Positions 9,385 to 17,697 are shown, numbered from the stretch's first letter. The stretch: DNA of 64,000 bases from Ignavibacteriota bacterium (GCA_963790045.1 CAWBMS010000013.1:19085-83084); one strand, 5' to 3'. Notes: a model not told the origin generated them from the letters alone. Made by a program: numbers and translations.

Positions 9385-9782
9385 TGCTCCGTGGACGAAC
9401 TTTGTCTTTTTCCGGATCGATAAAATGCTCTGCGGAACGAGAGAAATGGTGTCGGCAATGACACAAATGGCGTTAGCAACGAGACAAATGACGCTGGCAA
9501 CGACACAAATGACGTTGAGAATGACAGAAATGGTGTCGGGAATGAGAGAAATGGCGTTGGGAACGACACAAATGACGTTGGGAATGAGGGAAATGGCGTG
9601 GGGAATTGAATAAATGCCCCGGCGAAAGGAATACATGGACTGCTGAAAGGAATAATTGTGCTGCCGGAAGGAATAATTGGCGTTGATTATAGTATTTTTG
9701 ACATACTGAACGGTACTTTGGTGCAGGGAATGGAATAATTGGTGATGGTAATGGTGTTTTGGAGAATGGAAAGGGAAAAAAT
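9385..9782 (+). repeat. array 1: about 19 tandem 21-nt units (degenerate minisatellite, consensus GGCGTTGGGAACGACACAAAT)
   Basis: Units start at 9385, 9406, 9427, ... 9700 in exact 21-nt phase, then 9721, 9741 and 9761. Conserved columns are GGAAYGA-N3-AAAT followed by G. All six reading frames are open because the unit has no stop codon. Confidence 0.85.
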
Positions 9783-9889
9783 GAGGTAGTCAAACAATTT
9801 ATGGTTCGAAATAAAAATAGAAATTGACTGGATATAGGCGATGCGTTGTTACAGGAGTTGGCACCAATATTAACTTCTAATAAGCAAAT

Positions 9890-10720
9890 ATGGTAAAATA
9901 TAGTGTAGTTAAAAAAATAGGACGTGGAGGAAATGGGATAGTTTATCAAGTAACAGATGAGAATGGAAATTTTTTTGCTAAAAAGGTACTTGAAAATATA
10001 AGATCAAAAAAAGCATATCAAAGGTTTAAGGACGAAGTAGAGGTTTTATATGGGCTTAAAGAAAGAAAGGGGGTAATTGAAATTATTGATGCTTATTTAC
10101 CTAATCAGTTTTCTAAACATGATAAACCCTATTATGTTATGCCTCTTGGGATAAGTTTGAAAGATTACATTAAAAACTTACACGATGAACAAATAATAAA
10201 TTTAGTGATCGAACTTTGTGATACTCTAGATTTTTTGCATTCTAAAGATATAACCCATAGAGATATAAAACCTGAAAATATATTGGTTATTGACAACAAA
10301 CCAGTCTTCTCAGATTTTGGTCTAGCTAATTTTCCCAAAAAGGTAAGAGTTTCAAGCCAAAACGAAAACATAGGTCCTAAATGGACAATTGCACCGGAGA
10401 TGAAAAGAATCTCATCAACAGCTGAGTTTAAAAAAGCAGATATATATTCTTTTGGTAAAACATTATGGATGCTAATAACCAAACAATGGTGGGGTTTTGA
10501 AGGTCAGTATATTCCCAATAGTTCAATATCGGTTGACAATTACGTCGAAATGATAATAAATAAACCGCACTTAGCCAGTAAATGGTATTATCATTCAATT
10601 GTGCTGTTAAATCAACTTTTAACTGAATCTACTGACAACGACCCATTAAAAAGACCTGATGCAAAATCATTTACAGATAAACTCAAATATTGGTATACTA
10701 GCCTGCGACGATTATTTTGA
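9890..10720 (+). CDS. Hanks-type serine/threonine protein kinase (stand-alone catalytic domain)
   Basis: GRGGNGIVY Gly-loop, AKK lysine, HRDIKPENIL catalytic loop, DFG, APE, DIYSFG and KRPDA are all present. The gene is visibly AT-rich compared with its flanks. Confidence 0.85.
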   Translation: MVKYSVVKKIGRGGNGIVYQVTDENGNFFAKKVLENIRSKKAYQRFKDEVEVLYGLKERKGVIEIIDAYLPNQFSKHDKPYYVMPLGISLKDYIKNLHDEQIINLVIELCDTLDFLHSKDITHRDIKPENILVIDNKPVFSDFGLANFPKKVRVSSQNENIGPKWTIAPEMKRISSTAEFKKADIYSFGKTLWMLITKQWWGFEGQYIPNSSISVDNYVEMIINKPHLASKWYYHSIVLLNQLLTESTDNDPLKRPDAKSFTDKLKYWYTSLRRLF

Positions 10721-11297
10721 GAGAAACCCTTATGAGTGGATTGACGCATTAAAAAGAATTTTTCCTGTTTCAATTCCAAACAGCTGTTCTTGGCAAAAAT
10801 TTGAGGATATTTATAGAATTCTGAAAATATTATGTGAACGTTACGATAATTTAAATCATTGCTTTTATCCTCGTTCAGGGGGTATGGACTTTGATAAAGT
10901 TGAACTTGATAAAACAAAAGAATTTTTGATTATAAACAACAATGAGATAATTAAACCCAAAATTCTATACTTTGAATTTATGAACGATTTTGATTGGAGT
11001 TATTTTAGACTGGAAGTTGAGGAAATTGAACCAATATTTAAAGAAAACTTGCACGAATTTGAAGAAAGAATATTTATTGACAATGAGGGGAATTATCTAT
11101 CAGAAGAATCTCCCAGGTATAGAGAATGTTCAAGATTTGTAAAGGGAAGTTTTCTGTTAACCAAAAAAACTTCAAAGATAAATCAATTATCTGGAAGACT
11201 TGATGCGTATAATGCATTGCATAACAAAATGAATAATACTAAATATAAAGATTTTCTTTTTGAATTGATTAATAAGTTGAAAAGCAGTTCTTCGTAG
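10659..11297 (+). CDS. hypothetical protein; probably the C-terminal module of the kinase gene, displaced by a +1 frame change
   Basis: 212-aa ORF overlapping the kinase 3' end by 62 nt in the +1 frame, with only one ATG before residue ~75. No motif recognised. Same AT-rich composition as the kinase. Confidence 0.5.
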   Translation: MQNHLQINSNIGILACDDYFERNPYEWIDALKRIFPVSIPNSCSWQKFEDIYRILKILCERYDNLNHCFYPRSGGMDFDKVELDKTKEFLIINNNEIIKPKILYFEFMNDFDWSYFRLEVEEIEPIFKENLHEFEERIFIDNEGNYLSEESPRYRECSRFVKGSFLLTKKTSKINQLSGRLDAYNALHNKMNNTKYKDFLFELINKLKSSSS

Positions 11298-11426
11298 GAA
11301 GTTCATCGGGTAAAATCCCGCCCTGCATGTCATCTCGTTTTATCTTGTTCCCAAGTTCTTTTACCCGCTGCGACGGGGCATGGGGCAAGGAGTTAAAATA
11401 AATTACACACAACAAGAAAAGTGAAT

Positions 11427-11768
11427 ATGGAAAAAAGTATTTATCAACTGCGGATCTATGAAGTATCTCCCGATAAAAAGGCCGCGTTTCATAACCGATT
11501 TAAAAATCATGCGCTTCGAATTATGAAAAAATATAATTTCAATCCGGTTGCATTATGGGAAAGTTCTTCCGTTGTAAATTTTGAATTCATTTATATTTTG
11601 AAGTGGCCGGATATTGAAACGATGGAACGGCAATGGAAATTATTTTTAGCAGACGAAGAATGGATAAACATTAAAAGAACAATGGATCAAGAAATCGGGG
11701 AACCGGTGCTCCGGGTAACCAGCAGGGTGCTTGAGCATATCGAATATTCTCCGGCATATTCAATATGA
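11427..11768 (+). CDS. NIPSNAP family protein
   Basis: MEKSIYQLRIYEV...FHNRFKNHALRIMKKY..., a typical NIPSNAP/dimeric alpha-beta barrel N-terminus. The GTG at 11421 is an alternative start. Confidence 0.75.
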   Translation: MEKSIYQLRIYEVSPDKKAAFHNRFKNHALRIMKKYNFNPVALWESSSVVNFEFIYILKWPDIETMERQWKLFLADEEWINIKRTMDQEIGEPVLRVTSRVLEHIEYSPAYSI

Positions 11769-11979
11769 TTTATACTTGATAAAGTTCCAGAGTACATAAA
11801 ATATTGACAACAACGCGCCCAACCAGGCCTATCGGCAGGCAAGGGTTGGATGCAAGTGGGAAAATAAAAAATTATATAATACATTTGATCAAGATAACAT
11901 ATACAATCCACGCACTCGATGATCCACAGGGAACACGGGAAAAATATACAGGAAGAAAAACAAAGAAAAGGTCACAGCG

Positions 11980-12318
11980 ATGAAAACAACAGACAACTTG
12001 TTAGAAGAACCGATGAAATGGTATCATTACATTGCAGGATTTTTTGCGGGAGCATTTTTAACGAATGCGGTTCCGCATTTCGTGAACGGAATTTCGGGAA
12101 ACGCTTTTCCGTCACCATTTGCTCATCCGCCCGGTCAGGGACTTTCATCTCCGTTGGTAAATGTTTTATGGGCATTATTGAATTTGCTTGCAGGATATCT
12201 CCTTTTTAGAGTGAGCAGAATAAATTCAAAACGTAAATCAGGATTATTCATATTTTTTGTAGGAGTGGTACTGATTAGTATTATGAGCAGTATTGTGTTT
12301 GTGGATAAAGTAAAATAA
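11980..12318 (+). CDS. small membrane protein (hypothetical)
   Basis: 112 aa with three hydrophobic segments. Confidence 0.55.
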   Translation: MKTTDNLLEEPMKWYHYIAGFFAGAFLTNAVPHFVNGISGNAFPSPFAHPPGQGLSSPLVNVLWALLNLLAGYLLFRVSRINSKRKSGLFIFFVGVVLISIMSSIVFVDKVK

Positions 12319-12490
12319 ATGTTCTTCTTGTTCCCAAGCTCAGTTATCTGTGAGTGACGGAATGATTTGCAATTAGAAAAATAGTTTTATGAGCGGCATT
12401 GATGAAGAAAAATTAAAAATGTTATATTGTATTTGTATGAACGTTAAGCGTAACAGGAAAAACACTCAACAGTAGAAACTACTCAAGCAC

Positions 12491-12971
12491 ATGAAAAAAA
12501 CATTATTCTTCATCTTCGTTCTTGTGGCATCCTTCTGCGGAGGGTTCGCGTTCAAGACCATTAGTTCAAATCACTCTACTACGGAGACCTCTATGAAAAA
12601 AGTAACGGGCATCGGCGGCATTTTCTTCAAATGCAAAGACCCTAGTAAAGATGACGGAATGGTACCACACTCATCTTGGCCTAAACACAAACCCATGGGG
12701 AGCAACGTTCGAATGGTATGAAGGCGCAGACAGCACAAAAAAAGGACAAACACAATGGACCCCGTTTTCCGAAACGACCAAATACTTTGAACCTTCGACA
12801 AAAGATTTTATGATCAATTACAGGGTAGAAAACCTGGAAGCACTCATTGAGGAATTAAAAAAGAACGGCGTTACCATTGTGGATACTCTTGAAACTGCAG
12901 AGTATGGTAAATTTATACATATCCTTGACGCAGAAGGTAACAAAGTTGAATTGTGGGAACCCAAAGATTGA
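12491..12971 (+). pseudogene. VOC (glyoxalase/bleomycin-resistance) family lipoprotein, interrupted by a +1 frame change near 12650
   Basis: Frame 1 gives signal peptide ...KKVTGIGGIFFKCKDPSK. Frame 2 gives MTEWYHTHLGLNTNPWGATFEW...VELWEPKD. Skipping g12650 produces a continuous VOC fold. Confidence 0.75.
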
Positions 12972-13090
12972 GTTTGAAAAGTTAGGCATCCAACTCAGGA
13001 GCAAGACGACAAAATGATCGACAGGTAAAACGCCTGCCGCAAACAAGTTCGCAATCAGGAAAATTGTTCGATGAGATGCAACATTGAAAC

Positions 13091-13208
13091 ACAGCAGGAG
13101 ACTGTCTTTAAATTACGTTTAACGGTAGGACAGGCATTCTTGCCTGTCCATTATACAACAAAAACACAAACAAGTATTTAAGCAACGATATATATCGTCG
13201 CCTGCTGT
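13091..13208. repeat. nested inverted-repeat element in a convergent intergenic region
   Basis: Outer arms are acagcaggagac (13091-13102) and gtcgcctgctgt (13197-13208), matching 11/12. They enclose a perfect 9-bp hairpin ggacaggca-ttct-tgcctgtcc (13128-13149) and the palindrome acgatatatatcgt (13185-13198). Confidence 0.5.
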
Positions 13209-13249
13209 TTGTTTAAAGATCACGCTTCGACAAGCCCAGTGTGACTTTT

Positions 13250-14143
13250 TCAACCGATAAAAAATCCTACGGCAAGCAACACAGGAGTTGAAATATTGAT
13301 GACGACATTCAATCCCATCGAAGGAATCAAAGCAGGGATATTATTTGCGTTGCGAAATGCTCCTTGAAACGCTATCCACGCGGGAATAATTGTCAGCAAC
13401 GCGAGCAAACTAAACTTCGGCATCAATCCAAACATCACACCAACAACAACCGTAACATACGTCAGCAATAAAAAAGTACCGTAGATAATTGCGCTGGCTT
13501 TCCGCCCAATCGTAATCGGAAAATGTTTTCGCCCGATGGTAATATCTGCATCGACATCAGGAAATTGATTGAGCAGCAGCAAGTCGCTGACTAAAAATGT
13601 CGGAATGAGCGAAGCAACAAATGCAATCCACGTGTAAGAACCTGTTAACGAAAAGTGTGTTCCCATCACCATGAGAATACCGAAACCCAATCCCGGTGCA
13701 ATTAAACAAGAAATCGGATTATACGCCCACCAAACGGTATATGTCACAAGTAAAATTAAACCGAAAAATCCGAGCGGCAGCAACAGCCAGCCGCGCAGCC
13801 AGACAAAATAAAATCCGATCATAACAACCACAACAAGTGACACGATAGCGAGATACAATGTTTGCTTCTTCACTTCAGGATGTGATGGCAATGTTCCGCT
13901 GCCGCCGCTGAATGGTGTTCGCTGCGTTTTGTTGTCGAGTCCGCTGATAAAATCAAAATACTCATTAAACACATTGACGCAAATGTGGCTTGCAACCGCA
14001 CCGATGAGAATTAATAGAATTTGAATCCAGTTGATTTCGTGTGTTTGCCAGTACGCTGTTCCGACGCCGACAGCGACACACGCGGGCGTCAGAATCAAGA
14101 ACGGTACCCTCATCGGGCCAAGCAAGGATTTCAATGTTTGCAT
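13250..14143 (-). CDS. UbiA-family prenyltransferase (MenA-like)
   Basis: 297 aa, about 8-9 TM segments, NEYFDFISGLD Asp-rich motif. Confidence 0.8.
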   Translation of the reverse strand: MQTLKSLLGPMRVPFLILTPACVAVGVGTAYWQTHEINWIQILLILIGAVASHICVNVFNEYFDFISGLDNKTQRTPFSGGSGTLPSHPEVKKQTLYLAIVSLVVVVMIGFYFVWLRGWLLLPLGFFGLILLVTYTVWWAYNPISCLIAPGLGFGILMVMGTHFSLTGSYTWIAFVASLIPTFLVSDLLLLNQFPDVDADITIGRKHFPITIGRKASAIIYGTFLLLTYVTVVVGVMFGLMPKFSLLALLTIIPAWIAFQGAFRNANNIPALIPSMGLNVVINISTPVLLAVGFFIG

Positions 14144-14223
14144 TCGACTCTCCTCTTAAAAGTTTGATTGGTCATTGAATAAATATTTTTCTTGTTCAGA
14201 TACTCACAGTTAAATTTTCTCGA

Positions 14224-14661
14224 TTACACGTTGCTATTCTTCGCTACGTTATTGATATCCACGTTGCGAAAGATTTTCGTTCCGTACCATAGCACGACCG
14301 CTTCTATCACCAACAGCGCACCGAACGATCCTTCATATAAAATTTTCCAGAGAAGCGGAATGGATTGAAAGACAGGAATTGAGATAGAAAAGAAGTGATC
14401 GTAGATATTATAGCATAATGCTGCGCCGATGGTGCCTTGCAGCACGATATTCCCCTGCCGGGCTTTTTCTTTTTCAATCATAAACGCAGCAATAATCGGG
14501 ATGATGGTAAATATGAAAATGATTGGAAGATGATCGGCAACAAAATAGAACGTGCCTAATTTTTCATGTGTGTAAGCATTTCCGGCAACCAAGAGCATGT
14601 GGGCAATCACAAGCCGCGAAATTATTTTCGATATCTTTGCAAGATGTTCTGTGTTGGCCAT
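14224..14661 (-). CDS. membrane protein (hypothetical)
   Basis: Start taken at MANTEHL, because the longer track ORF would overlap the upstream gene. Four hydrophobic segments. Confidence 0.55.
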   Translation of the reverse strand: MANTEHLAKISKIISRLVIAHMLLVAGNAYTHEKLGTFYFVADHLPIIFIFTIIPIIAAFMIEKEKARQGNIVLQGTIGAALCYNIYDHFFSISIPVFQSIPLLWKILYEGSFGALLVIEAVVLWYGTKIFRNVDINNVAKNSNV

Positions 14662-14671
14662 AATTATGTTT

Positions 14672-15820
14672 TTACTTTGAAGACGATATATTTTGAATAA
14701 CGCGCCGTGCGCGCACAAAACTCTTTTCTAACGATGCATCGTAAAACGGCGAAGCCGGATCGAAACTGCCATAGCGAACTCTGCCGATGCTATGAATAAA
14801 CAATTTATTCCCTAAATACATTCCCACGTGAATAATATGCTCCAGTGCTGTACCCTCTGCCTTCCGTCCGAAGAATAATAAATCGCCTTTTTGAAGATTC
14901 TGAAAATCATTTCCAACAGCAATGGCAATTCCTTCTTCCGCTTGCTGGCTTGCATCGCGCGCAAGTTCTTTGCCGTTCAAACGGTACACGGTTTTCGTAA
15001 ATCCGGAACAATCAACTCCTTTAGTAGAAGTTCCTCCCCACAAATATGGAATGCCGAGCAATGCCTTGGCAGATTTTTCAAGGTTACTCGCTGTTAATTG
15101 CCGGCTGTTGTTCCATTCGTCGTAATCCTGTACAAGCGAACTTTGCACATATCCTCTTCTTCCATCGGCAAGCTCGACTGCTGTCCAGCCATTTTTTGTT
15201 TCATGGGATTTGAGTACACACAACGCAACAACATCGCACATAGGAAAAGATTCTATCGACGGTTCCTCACGCACGACGCCGAATGTTTCCGTGACAATAA
15301 CTTTTGGCGCATCATTCCAGATTTTTGTTTCTGCATTATCGAACCGTTGCATTGCTTCTGCCGAAAGCCAGCCAAGATATTTATCCGGCGACTGCACATA
15401 AAAATAATTTTGCGAACGCTTTAATATTTTGACCGTCATACCCATCAGCACTTGCGATGAAAGCTCCGCCGCTTCGCCCGGTTTGGTGCGCATGTTTCCA
15501 ACACTCACGATGATAACACCGAAATATTTTGCGCCAACAGCTTCATCCGGTAACACGGCGATGTGGTCAACAACAGATTTGTGTGTTTTTTCTTTTACTG
15601 TTTCGATGAGTGATTTTTTTGCAGCAGAATTATCAACTTCGCCGCGAAGTTCAATACTTTCTGTCATCTCATTTCCCGTGACATCAAACACTGCCGTGCG
15701 GTGATCCGGTGCATATTTTTGTTGAACTTCATGAAGGATGTTTTCCCACGCCGCCTGCTGTGCCATAAGCGTGAGAGGAATTAGAAGGAAAATAAAAAAC
15801 GCTGCTTTTGTTTTTGTCAT
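14672..15820 (-). CDS. NlpC/P60 (C40) peptidase with SH3-like domains
   Basis: Signal peptide. C-terminal YLWGGTSTKGVDCSGF...HVGMY supplies the catalytic Cys and His. Confidence 0.85.
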   Translation of the reverse strand: MTKTKAAFFIFLLIPLTLMAQQAAWENILHEVQQKYAPDHRTAVFDVTGNEMTESIELRGEVDNSAAKKSLIETVKEKTHKSVVDHIAVLPDEAVGAKYFGVIIVSVGNMRTKPGEAAELSSQVLMGMTVKILKRSQNYFYVQSPDKYLGWLSAEAMQRFDNAETKIWNDAPKVIVTETFGVVREEPSIESFPMCDVVALCVLKSHETKNGWTAVELADGRRGYVQSSLVQDYDEWNNSRQLTASNLEKSAKALLGIPYLWGGTSTKGVDCSGFTKTVYRLNGKELARDASQQAEEGIAIAVGNDFQNLQKGDLLFFGRKAEGTALEHIIHVGMYLGNKLFIHSIGRVRYGSFDPASPFYDASLEKSFVRARRVIQNISSSK

Positions 15821-15896
15821 TCTGTTTTACTTTTCGCAGATATTCATGTTTGCAGAAATATAACAGAAATCTTCAGAGTGTGCAATAAATTATGTT

Positions 15897-16550
15897 TTAA
15901 GAATGAGGATTTAGCTGTTCAAGTTTTAAGTGCAGCCATTCAACAGAATCGTGCAAACTTTCTTCGCTAATCGTGTGGCCGATAGGATATTCTTTATACA
16001 CCAGCGGTGCTTGTGTTTTAGACAGCAGTTCGTTTGCGCGCATTCCAAAGCCAACCGGCACAACGGGATCGTACGTTCCGTGTGCTATGAAGAACGAAGT
16101 GTTTTTCAATTCATTCCATTTATAATCAATGCCGACATTCTCCGGCAGCAATCCGCTGTGAATAACGGCACCGCGAATTTTTTCCGGATGCGCGAGCGCC
16201 AGCACTAGCGACATCATGGCACCGATGCTGAATCCGTATAAAAATATTTTTGATGGATCAATGGAAAATTTATCCGGTAATTCATCGATGACCTGCAGTA
16301 CCTGCTGGTAACTCTGCTGCAACTGCCCTGCATCGATATTTCCCAAATCGTTCAAATCGAACCACGTATAGCCGCCGTACGGAAATTGCATCGGTGCGCG
16401 CACGCTGAAAATTTGAAACCGCGGATCGAGGTACGGCGTCAATCCCAGCAGATCGTTTTCATCGGTTCCTCTTCCGTGAAGAAGAATTAACACGGGATGA
16501 GAATCCGACAGCGTTGTCGGTTTCGGAGCAGCTTTGTAAAACAAACTCAT
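15897..16550 (-). CDS. alpha/beta hydrolase (phospholipase/carboxylesterase family)
   Basis: ILLHGRGTDENDL...LYGFSIGAMM (GxSxG)...GTYDPVVP...GHTI. Confidence 0.8.
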   Translation of the reverse strand: MSLFYKAAPKPTTLSDSHPVLILLHGRGTDENDLLGLTPYLDPRFQIFSVRAPMQFPYGGYTWFDLNDLGNIDAGQLQQSYQQVLQVIDELPDKFSIDPSKIFLYGFSIGAMMSLVLALAHPEKIRGAVIHSGLLPENVGIDYKWNELKNTSFFIAHGTYDPVVPVGFGMRANELLSKTQAPLVYKEYPIGHTISEESLHDSVEWLHLKLEQLNPHS

Positions 16551-16810
16551 ACAGAACTTTCTTGCCGCGGCGGTTGGAATCCGCGATAGGTATCGTACCG
16601 CGAATCGTACGTAATCAAATTAAAATTTTCATCGCGCAAGGTGCCGCCGGATGGATAGAGATAAAATTTTGATATAGATTGGGTCGGTTTGGACGACGGC
16701 AAGTTGTTTTCGGAATAAAACTCTAACACAAAATATCCGTTTCGGAATTTGGCGGTTTTCAATTGTTCCAGAATATGCTCGTGCGAAAACCTGTGGACAT
16801 CTTCTGTCAT
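16547..16810 (-). CDS. hypothetical protein
   Basis: 87-aa ORF with 4-nt start/stop overlaps with both neighbours, suggesting translational coupling. Confidence 0.45.
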   Translation of the reverse strand: MTEDVHRFSHEHILEQLKTAKFRNGYFVLEFYSENNLPSSKPTQSISKFYLYPSGGTLRDENFNLITYDSRYDTYRGFQPPRQESSV

Positions 16811-17196
16811 TGGCGAATCAGTTCTTCTATGCCACCCGGACGCAGCAGCATGAGAATAGAAGAATGCGGCACAATGAGATATTTTTCCTGCTCATATTCC
16901 ACTTCAATCGCAGCGTCTCGCACAAAGATGGCGAAGTCACCTTCTTCCGCTTGCAGCGGCAAATATTTTACCGGTTCTTTGGGGCTTGTGGACCACGATT
17001 CCTGATCGATGTATTGCGGATTCGGCACGGCATACCCCGGACCAACGCGCACTACATATCCCGCCTGCACTTTATCTTTTTCTTTTACGCCGGGTGGAAG
17101 ATACAAACCATGCGAGGTGCGTTCGTTATCCTTATCGGGAGCAATCAGCACCCGGTCGCCGACAAGAATAATTTTTCTATGTGATTTAACTTCCAT
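16807..17196 (-). CDS. GroES/Cpn10-like co-chaperone family protein
   Basis: LVGDRVLIAP...GLYLPPG...GYVVRVGPG...EYEQEKYLIV follows the Cpn10 pattern with an insertion. Confidence 0.55.
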   Translation of the reverse strand: MEVKSHRKIILVGDRVLIAPDKDNERTSHGLYLPPGVKEKDKVQAGYVVRVGPGYAVPNPQYIDQESWSTSPKEPVKYLPLQAEEGDFAIFVRDAAIEVEYEQEKYLIVPHSSILMLLRPGGIEELIRQ

Positions 17197-17250
17197 ATCT
17201 CTAAAGACAACAAGAGCACAGACAAAAAATTCATCTGTGCTGCATTTGAA

Positions 17251-17271
17251 TTGTCGGGACGGCGGGATTTG
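17251..17271. repeat. direct repeat, copy 1 (duplicate of the tRNA-Pro 3' end)
   Basis: ttgtcgggacggcgggatttg is identical (21/21) to 17565-17585. Confidence 0.9.
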
Positions 17272-17541
17272 TCACGAAGTGATCACGTCGTGAAACCCGC
17301 GACCATCTTTTATCCTTCGACTTTCAAGCCATCCAGCTCGGGACTTAAGAAATTGTTCACGTCTTATCGCTTCAGTCCGATTTTCAAATTCTTCGCAATA
17401 AAGAACTTTCCATGGACGATGTGCTTTCGTCCATCTCACTCGACCCTGATTGTGTTCTTGAATCCTGCGATTCAGATCAGAAGTTTGACCGATATAATAT
17501 TTGTTATCTTTCAAACTTTCGAGAACATAAACAACATACAT
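17272..17541 (-). CDS. GIY-YIG nuclease family protein (YhbQ/UPF0213-like, 89 aa)
   Basis: MYVVYVLESLKDNKYYIGQTSDLNRRIQEHN...W has the GIY..YIG..R..H/N core. AGGAGAGG Shine-Dalgarno sits 7 nt upstream. The longer track ORF runs into the tRNA. Confidence 0.85.
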   Translation of the reverse strand: MYVVYVLESLKDNKYYIGQTSDLNRRIQEHNQGRVRWTKAHRPWKVLYCEEFENRTEAIRREQFLKSRAGWLESRRIKDGRGFHDVITS

Positions 17542-17564
17542 ACCATGTCCTCTCCTAATATTAT

Positions 17565-17585
17565 TTGTCGGGACGGCGGGATTTG
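17565..17585. repeat. direct repeat, copy 2 (within the tRNA-Pro 3' end plus 3 nt of trailer)
   Basis: Identical to 17251-17271. Confidence 0.9.
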
Positions 17586-17641
17586 AACCCGCGACCACTT
17601 GCACCCCAAGCAAGTGCGCTACCGGGCTGCGCTACGTCCCG
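17568..17641 (-). tRNA. tRNA-Pro (anticodon GGG)
   Basis: Minus strand reads CGGGACGTAGCGCAGCCCGGTAGCGCACTTGCTTGGGGTGCAAGTGGTCGCGGGTTCAAATCCCGCCGTCCCGA. It folds as a 74-nt cloverleaf with anticodon loop TTGGGGT. Confidence 0.9.
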
Positions 17642-17697
17642 AGAAATTTTACTGAAATAAGATACCTTTTTTTTTGTGCCTGTGCAACAATCGTGCT

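Noticed and set aside
9385-9782. CRISPR array or type III toxin-antitoxin RNA repeat.
   Set aside because: The 21-nt period is too short for repeat plus spacer. There are no unique spacers, and the window contains no cas genes. Type III antitoxin repeats are near-identical 34-45-nt units followed by a terminator and a ToxN/AbiQ-type RNase. Here the units are degenerate and the downstream genes are a kinase and an unrelated orphan.
9277-9949. Five stacked ORF-track entries (70-158 aa, on both strands) covering array 1. They have 7-residue periodic translations such as PNAISLI/PNVICVV, MTQMALATRQMTL and HFSHSRHHFCHSQRHL.
   Set aside because: All six frames are open simply because a stop-free unit is repeated with a period of 7 codons. 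The homologous array 2 has stops in the corresponding frames. No frame has a recognisable domain. These are treated as non-coding repeat, not CDS.
11298-12490. Integron-like cassette array. The evidence was small same-strand genes of families I recall as common in cassettes (NIPSNAP, VOC) and a GCCCAAC...GTTGGAT pair at ~11817-11855 matching RYYYAAC/GTTRRRY.
   Set aside because: The candidate attC is only ~35 nt, while real attC sites are roughly 55-140 nt with paired L/R boxes. The other spacers lack matching core sites. No intI is present in the window. It was left as a weak possibility to be tested with IntegronFinder.
17251-17271. A second (partial) tRNA gene.
   Set aside because: Only 21 nt match the tRNA-Pro 3' end and no cloverleaf can be formed. 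It is interpreted as an att-like duplication.
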